Shown: positions 47,426-55,491 of the stretch, in pieces
How the letters are laid out: each line of letters opens with the position of its first letter
Position numbering within the stretch: position 1 is the first letter of the stretch
The notes under the pieces: model-generated
The model's database searches: none
The model's input: only the letters and a program-made list of their open reading frames with translations
What the model was told of the DNA's origin: nothing
Position numbers and translations under genes: made by a program
NCBI GenBank assembly: GCA_000934665.2
Contig: KZ538023.1
Coordinates: forward strand, 124,001 to 179,491
DNA from: Catajapyx aquilonaris
Taxonomy: Eukaryota
DNA length: 55,491 bases
Direction: 5' to 3'

Positions 47426-50400
47426 AAGGTTTCTTCAGGTACTACCCAGATTTTTCTTCCGTAAAAAAATATATATATGCATCGATGTGCACTAAACATG
47501 ACCGGACAGGTTGACACATTTCTTGTCCCCCGGATCGAAAATCCGGTGTGTATTAAACCTGACGGTCGGAAACCAACGTCAGCGGGATTCGCAAATGGAC
47601 CTGCCAGATTTGCTCGATTTTGACGAGAGGCTTAAAAAAATATATGGCAGATACCAAAAAAAAAAAGCTACAAATTTGATCGCAACAATTAGCGCAAGTT
47701 GTGCTTTCGCAGCGTGCCTATAATCAGGCGAGAATGTGTGGGGAAATTGGGCGCAAACATTTGCACCACAGTAGGCTCTAATTTTTTTTTTTTACTCCCG
47801 AGTTTTTACAGAGAGTAGAGTACACAAATATAGGCAGCATAGAGTTTGCCCTTCCATTAGAGTGTAACAACATGCGCCATTAAAAGCGTGTGCCTCTCTC
47901 TCTGTAGAGAGTATATACCTGCTGCCCCCTCCATCGCTTTAAAAATCAGAGCTCCAGGCACGTCCAGAAGGAATCTACTCGGCTTCATCCCAAGCCATAA
48001 AAGTGGAATAACAACTCTTCTTCGGCCCTCTCTTTCGAAACAAGCTCTCATAACGCCTGCCTTGCAACTGGGGAATTATGATGAGCTTGTCGCTCTTTCA
48101 ACCCCCTTACTCCTTGGGTAAACTAAGTTTTCACTTTTCATTGAAGGTGTCGCCACTTTCAGAGGAAGTTGAGTTGCGAAATGTACAGATGGCGCTAGTG
48201 ATAACCAGCCACCTAGCGGATGGCCTTGGAAATTTCTGTAGTGACACATTTAGCCTCTTAGTACACATATAGTCAAAATAAATGTTTGAAATGCACCCTG
48301 TACGTATACTTCATGAGTTTACAGTTCCGTGCACATCAAAATTGGAACAATTCCCAAGTGTATCAAACCGTGTTAAGGGTCAGATTATGCTAACCGGCTC
48401 TTCGGGAGATAGCATCAAAAAAATAGACTTGAAAGGAGCTATTTATATAGCAACACGAGGTTTTGTTTTTGGTACACGTGTATATGTATAACTGTATATA
48501 TATGAGCTACAGGTTTTGGCTCCACTCGCTGGCTATGAATGAGCTATTTTCCACTCGATATGCCTTCAATGTGGTACATGTCAGCGAAAATCATTCAATG
48601 GGAGGCGAAATTGTGCGAATTACTCTATTCAAAACACGCACTTTGCAGCAAACCTAATTGAAGCCGCGTCGCAGTTACAAATAATGCGCTATACATGGAG
48701 ATGAAAGTGATATTTTCCTGCGTTTATTACTGCTCATGAAACATTCCTGCCCCCCCCCCCCCCACNCCCCCAGTTGTCCTCCTTTTTGCACGGCTCCAAA
48801 ACATGCGTAACTTGTGAGTTATTCTGGCATGAAACCACACAGAATGAGAATGTTTTTTTTTTTAACATACAAGAGTGCAATTTTGGTATTATTAAATCTC
48901 AGCTATAATATACTGCTGTTAGAAATACAGTATGACTTTTTTTTGCCTCTCAATATTCTTTTTAAGTGTTAATTTTGACAATATGTATGAACAGCTCATT
49001 GCACCTTGCAAAAATAATTTCATTGGCTTTCATTTTTTGCATGTGAATACATTATTAGCTGCGAACTCCATTCCAATTATTCCAGAAACATGCACATTTT
49101 TTTTTCGTGCCAGAATTTGCAGGATTTTCGATCCAAATGTGAATAGATTAGCAAACAGCGCCTAGTAAATTTTTTACTCGGCAACATTTTCGCCTCATAA
49201 AGAGTGTATAGGCTCCCAAGTTAACTTTGAAAATGCACTGTCAACGTCTTCCATCCGCAATTCGCTCCAGTCATAATCCAGCGTTCCCTGAGCCGAAAAA
49301 AAAATCTAATGAAGCGCTGTCCCTGCCACCAATTATTGTTTGGGGAAAGCTACTGCTGGCAATTAAACCCTTTTGTTAGGTACATGGCTGCACATTGATG
49401 AACATTTCGCGCTCCACTGCCCTTTATTGATTTCACCAACGTAAATGAATTAATTATCATCTCAGCAACAAGTAGCGCACTTGTTTTTTTTTATAAAACT
49501 CACAAACATGGCACAATGTACTGAAGTTGCTCGATAGCACGTTTATTACAATCATATCCTTTTTTCGTGTGTGTATGCTGCACGAGAAGTGAACTGTTTC
49601 CCAGCAGATAATCTTGGACTTCTCCTGTCCACACCCTATTCACTTGGCCTTATCAGCTTCAAAAAATGCGAGCTCATTCTGGAATGGCCTGCCTCACTAA
49701 TTCTACTCGAGCCAAATCCGGTCCCATGGAAAAGAATGCAGTGTCTTGCTATAGGGGGGGTTTCCTTGAAGAAGAAAAAAAAACCTCTCCTTCATTCCTT
49801 CCGTCTTGAGGAGAAGGAAGCAAAAAGAAAATGGCACGCAGTGAGGAGGTTTGGGTCGGCTGACAAATGGGCCTCTAAATTACTGGGCGACACCCCTAAT
49901 CTCGACCACTGAATCCCATGCCCCACTTCAAGTGCAGGGAAAGAAGCCAAAGAGATGGAGGCCTTTGCGCAGAACTTCGCTTCCATTTTTAACCTCTTTT
50001 CCTGGCGTATATGCAACCATCAAGACTCACTTGCTTCAAGCCGTTACATACACGGCAGGATAATTTCGACATTATGTGGAATTGGGGACAATTAATTATT
50101 TTAGTGTGAAATGTAATTCAAAATTTTTCGACATACATGTACTGAAATGTCTATGAAATTATGGAAATAATTAATTATTTTCGTGTCAATTGTAATTCAA
50201 AATATATGTATATTACAACCAACAGTTTTAACAATATTGCAAATCCGAGTATGCAAAATGACATTAGGCAGCACGACCTAATTTCGGCAAAAAAAAATAA
50301 TGCCCACTTTCTCGTTTTCAAACCTTCAATTAGGACCACCCAAAATAGAGCTCGTCATTGTCTTCTCAACAAATGACTTCCGTTGTGGAACACATCAGCA

Positions 50401-52204
50401 CAAAAACTAGGATTTTTCTGCCCCTTTCTCCCCCCCAAAAAAAACTTTGTGGACACTAATTAAAAACTTTCCTTCCTTTTCATCACTTGACGTGCAGTTG
50501 GCACGCGTTATAAGTCACATTATTCCATTTTTTGCATATTCTAAAAAGAAAAGATTTTTTTTTGTCTGGCTCAAACCCACCTCGTTTGAAAGCGCGGTAT
50601 CCATCTGAACAATACCGAATCGTAGAGAACTACCATTCCAAAAAAAGGCCCATTATTGTAGCACACATGCAGAAGGGAACAATCGACCACACACGGATGA
50701 AAATCCGCAGCTAATGTCTCTCTAAAAAAAACTGCAATTCATGCCAAATTTTTGGGTCCACGACCGAAAAAGTCCGCGATCATTCGTACTAAGCGGTAGG
50801 GTCATATCATGTCGCGTTTAGCAGCGAAACTACTTGAATAGAAATCGCGCGCACTTCTTTTTTTTCCCCCCCCCTCAACCATTACCATAATTAAAGGCGG
50901 CTTAGCTCGAGCATCGTGGGAGACAATCGATGCAAAGCTATATGCAAACTGGGTTCTTTTGTTGCTCGGGATACTACCAAGAGAGGCAGCCCTTCTCTAA
51001 AAAACGGTTCCTCTTTGTTAATCATACCCTAAACTGATGCCGGGGCTAATTGGACCCCCACCCCCTTTTTTTCTCTCTAAAAAAGTTCAGATTCGCTCAA
51101 AAGCTCCGCCACTCACCACCATATTCTTCCACAAACCAACATCCCTGGCCTTCCAATAAAAAAAATCGCTTTTGTTCATACCTGCTCTTGAACCCTGTAC
51201 AAGTGAGGTCTCCCCCTTTTTTTGTACCCCCCTTAATGAACTGGGTTGAATAAAAAAGGAGAATGTGATCAATGGAAAATAATGAGCCACCGAACTGGAG
51301 AACTGTCATTACACAATAGTTCATTTTCCACCAGCATTATTGAATTCGAGCGTGCACCGGCGGTAAGACCTCATCTTAAAAAGAGTTGGAAGGGAAAGTA
51401 AATACGCCCTATGATTGCTTCGGGTTCATTACGGCCAGGAATTGTTTAGGTAGTTTACGTTTAAAAGCAAAGCCTGGAGCCAGCAAGAACAAGGAAATTG
51501 CAGTGACTTCAAGTCCCTTCGGGCAGACGCAATGAGATGAATGACAAGAGCAGGGGCTTCTCTGCCAGGCGCCATTTATACTGTGCAACTAACAAAAGGG
51601 ACTGGTTTCCTTTCTCTAGCCAGGGCCTCTTTATGCCTACTTGTCTACACTGCGGACTATTCATCGGCACAACCCCCCGCAGTCGATATCGCACCACCCA
51701 CACCTTAGCACCTCTCTTCAGCAAGTCGAATCCGTCAGCAACAAAAGGGGACGGGCTCCAGGAAAAAGAGAGAAAGTAAAATTTTGCAAATAAATTTCTG
51801 GGCAGTTAAGCTCGTGGAGTCCGGGAATATTCGCAGGAGATGACCTCTCGGGACGGCGGTTTAAAAGCAGTAGTGCGGAAGGCAATTGGACGAATAGTTT
51901 TACGGAGAGTGCGGAAGAGGGGGATTCCAAATGTAAGCGCTGAGTCAGGGCCAGCTAGTGACCCCTGACCGGAACGGCACGCCATAAATCCCACCCTTCT
52001 TTTGCCCCCCCACTCCGGAAAACGGTCGGCCCCATTTCCCCGCACTCACATACATAAAAAAAAAGTGCCCGAAACTACTAATCAACCAGGCGGATGATAC
52101 CGCATAACTACTGCATACTGCATAATGTGGCGCGAATGGTGTGGAATTACTAAAAATTAGGTCATTGCGCGTTCATATACACCCCCATATATGGCAACAT
52201 CGCA

Positions 52205-52800
52205 CCATATGTGGCAACACCGCACGCTTTCAACCAATCGGAGCGTCTGCGCCTCTGATTGGTTAAAAGAGGACCAATCAGATGCTAGAAGCCATATGTG
52301 GCAATGTCGCACGCTTTCAACCAATCGGAGTGTCTGCGCCTCTGATTGGTTAAAAGAGGACCAATTAGATGCTAGAAGCCATATGTGGCAACATCGCACG
52401 CTTTCAACCAATCGGAGCGTCTGCGCCTCTGATTGGTTCAAAGAGGACCAATCAGATGCTAGAAGCCATATGTGGCAACGTCGCACGCTTTCAACCAATC
52501 GGAGCGTCTGCGCCTCTGATTGGTTCAAAGAGGACCAATCAGATGCTAGAAGCCATATGTGGCAACGTCGCACGCTTTCAACCAATCGGAGCGTCTGCGC
52601 CTCTGATTGGTTCAAAGGGGACAAATCAGATGCTACAAGCCATATGTGGCAACATCGCACGCTTTCAACCAATCGGAGCGTCTGCGCCTCTGATTGGTTC
52701 AAAGGGGACCAATCAGATGCTACAAGCCATATGTGGCAACGTCGCACGCTTTCAACCAATCTGAGCGTCTGCGCCTCTGATTGGTTCAAAGGGGACCAAT
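52205..52800. repeat. Tandem array of an 87-bp CCAAT-rich unit, about 6.9 copies, followed by degenerate CCAAT-rich sequence to about 53070
   Basis: Units start at 52205, 52292, 52379, 52466, 52553, 52640 and 52727 (ccatatgtggcaacatcgcacgctttcaaccaatcggagcgtctgcgcctctgattggttcaaagaggaccaatcagatgctagaag). Confidence 0.97.
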
Positions 52801-53954
52801 AAGAAGCGAGAAGTGCAGTGATTGGTTAAGCGCCTCGTACTGACCTCCGATTGGTTTAAAGGCTCTTTTAGCACTTTCCGGCTGCCTGTGGTTGGTTGAA
52901 AAGTTGCATCATTTCCCAATCGGAAGCTAGATTGGTTAAACGCCACGTACTGACCTCCCATTGGTTTAAATGCTTTTTCCAGCACTTTCTGGCCGCCTTC
53001 TGATTGGTTGAAAGACTGCTGCATCGTCCAATCAGAAAACTGGATAGTTCCCGCGATTGATTAAAAGCTCGGCCCGTGTTGCCAGCCAGATTTTCCGCGT
53101 CGTGAAGTAGAATCAGCATGATGAGTCGCCCAACAGTAAACTTGACTCAACGATGAGGAAAAGAGTCACTAATAGCCCCCTACTAAAAATTACGACACAT
53201 CACACACCCTGTCCAAGTCCGGAGTCGTAAATGTCGCTTTAATGCACAAAGGCCCTGGACTGAATTTTTGCGACCACAGAGGTACTGAGGGGGTGGGAGG
53301 AGGAGGCGGAAATAATCATAAAAATTTCCATCTCCGCCTGATGAAACCAAACGTGCTCGCATTAGCACAATTAAGCTTTTCTAGTTTTTTTTTTGCGCCC
53401 GAAAAAAACCGAGCGCAGTCCATGAGCAAGTCTCTCCTAAATAGGTTTATTAAATAGTCTCTCTAGGTCTATACCACCTGTTTCAAAGAGCAGAAAACTT
53501 GTCCATTAGCATATCAGGCTGAATAAAGCAGCTGATTTCTTTACTTACAGGGCGCTTCGTACAGCTTAATACAGGGTGCTTCGTATAGTAAGGATACTTC
53601 TTGTAATATACACTATAGTTCAAGTAACTGCTGATTTTCGTCCTATTATCTAAATGCTTCTCACATTGTCAGTCCCATGGGTATCAGCCACAATTCCTCA
53701 AAAAAAATATTTTCGAAGAGAATGTGACATTCAAAAGCACTCCGATGTGATCCTGATCCTTCCGCATTTCAACGCAGAGGTCGTGCCCCCTTCCTGGTTA
53801 CTATCCACACCGGATTAGCTCCTCATATCCGGACAAATCCCTCCGCAAATCCGACACTCCGCGACCAATTCCCAATTGTGCCATGCGCTGCACGAATAGC
53901 TTTGCACACGGGGAGGTAGAAAGCAAAAGCATTTCAAACCACCCCCCCCCCCCC

Positions 53955-54052
53955 NNNNNNNNNNNNNNNNNNNNNNNNNNNNNNNNNNNNNNNNNNNNNN
54001 NNNNNNNNNNNNNNNNNNNNNNNNNNNNNNNNNNNNNNNNNNNNNNNNNNNN
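53955..54052. other. Assembly gap (N run) between poly-C and poly-G
   Basis: N bases. Confidence 0.99.
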
Positions 54053-54935
54053 GGGGGGGGGGGGGGGGGGGTGCTTTCCTCACACGCAGCAGCCTCCCAA
54101 AGTCTTCACCGATATTTCTCCCTCCAAAAAACATCGCATTGAATCCCGACCTAATACAGTCTCCTTTTCTAAGGCAAAGAGGATCATTTACTCATTAAGG
54201 CTTCATAAGATTCCCGCCACACTTCGACTCCAAAAGATTCTTTTCTCCCTCTCTTCCCTTCATGTTAATTTAATGCCCTCGACTTTGACGTCGGACTTTC
54301 TAATTGGAATTCTTGCTCAATCTTCCTTCTTTTCCAACGATTTCCAATTATGCACACGACAACGGAAAACAGGGGAGAATAAGAAGACCCCCCCTCCCCT
54401 CCCGAAAAAAAGAAGGAATACCAGAGGAGAGAGAGAAAAAAAAGTATAGACGTTGAGAACATGAGCTGCAATCCTCTAATGAAGTCTGGCCTAGCGGCAC
54501 CTGCTATATCACCATTTTTTTTCCTGTTATTAAAGAGATCGTTGCTTCAAAAAATGGAAAACTGGCTAGTCATTTCCACCGTGTTCGCACTGGTGTGTCT
54601 GAAAAAGTCCCAATAACACTGCGAAAATCTGCTCGATAAAAAGTTGTGCAAAACTAGTGTCAAACTTCATTTCCTTCGTTTAAAAAGCCCAAGAACAGAA
54701 AGAGGCCAAAAAGCTTATAATCGCATTTTAGACTGTATGGCCTCAAGTCTGAAATATTTTGAGCGAAATATTAGTTTAAGGTCGGTTCTTCTTTAATAAG
54801 CTGTGCCAGAAGAAAATTATTTAAAAATTATACATGCTCCTCTTTAATACACCGGATAAGTCATTATAGCATATACAGGGTGGTCCAAGTTCAAGTGTCG
54901 TTTTATAACGGCGATTAATAGCAGTGATTTTGCGA

Positions 54936-55012
54936 TGACGTAGCAGCGACGCGTAAAATGTCCCACTTCGGCGCAATCGAAGTGGGCAATTTTACACGTC
55001 GCTGCTACGTCA
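54936..55012. repeat. Near-perfect hairpin: 35-bp arms (32/35 match), 7-nt loop
   Basis: tgacgtagcagcgacgcgtaaaatgtcccacttcg-gcgcaat-cgaagtgggcaattttacacgtcgctgctacgtca. Confidence 0.9.
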
Positions 55013-55194
55013 AAGACCGTATATGTTAAGACACGCAACTGTCCCTTGAAACGTGAAAGTGGTTTGTCAGTGCCATCTAGTGAGTGCGGAGTTGACCCCC
55101 ACTCCACCAGCGTTGGGCCACCAGGTTGGGCGGCCTGGTCTGGCCTGCTGCTTCCCTACCCCGTCTCTGCCCTTGGTCCTTGCTTGGTCTCTGC

Positions 55195-55491
55195 TTTTTT
55201 TTCACAAATGGAGCGAAAGGCAGGACTCTGAAGAAGCTAGTCTTAGAAGCTTGTGAGAAAATACGTGCCACTGGTTTCATTCCTAAATTGATTGTATGTG
55301 ACCAAGGACCGCATAACCAGGTTTTGAAACGGCTGCTAGGGGTTAAAAATGACCAGCCTTTTTTCACACTGCCCACAGATCCTTCTGAAGAAAATTTTTT
55401 TTTCATGTATGATATACCCCACCTGATGAAGTGTGTAAGAAACATGCTGATGAAATATAACATTAGATTTGGATCTGGCTCTGTAGCCAAG
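55195..55491 (+). mobile_element. P-element/THAP9-type DNA transposase fragment, 5'-truncated and continuing beyond the window
   Basis: Frame +1 reads FFFTNGAKGRTLKKLVLEACEKIRATGFIPKLIVCDQGPHNQVLKRLLGV...FMYDIPHLMKCVRNMLMKY. The CDQGxxN and DxPHLxKxxRN motifs are characteristic of P-superfamily transposases. Confidence 0.88.

Noticed and set aside
49230..49290. Acceptor-like site followed by GTLDYDWSEL on the minus strand
   Set aside because: The LDY resemblance looks coincidental; the required phase-1 frame hits a stop and there is no good donor
52157..52802. Repetitive 131-210 aa ORFs on both strands; array superficially CRISPR-like
   Set aside because: By-product of an 87-bp tandem unit (a multiple of 3). 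Units are contiguous with no unique spacers, and the context is eukaryotic.
19678..54449. ORFs running through N gaps (19678-19953, 38793-39189, 53883-54449)
   Set aside because: Artefacts of N translation

Overview
Eukaryotic (most likely arthropod) genomic DNA. The window is dominated by one minus-strand gene, a Fat-like giant atypical cadherin (kugelei/fat2, FAT1-3 type). I reconstructed 18 constitutive exons by hand (12..34624; 8,039 nt, ~2,680 aa, roughly 24 cadherin repeats plus the post-cadherin linker and first Cys-rich segment). All introns are GT-AG and all phases are consistent. The gene runs off both ends of the window, and 34625..55491 appears to be one intron of >20 kb. The most notable signal is a set of frame-preserving cassette exons that the ORF track does not call as such: two microexons (24 nt at 5981-6004; 21 nt at 6508-6528) that each insert a loop and switch a conserved Gly to Cys in one cadherin repeat, upstream of a rare GAG acceptor; and a 114-nt acidic cassette exon (15319-15432). 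The large introns carry several MITE-like and palindromic repeat families, an 87-bp CCAAT-rich tandem array, microsatellites, three assembly gaps, and a P-element/THAP9-type transposase fragment at the right edge.
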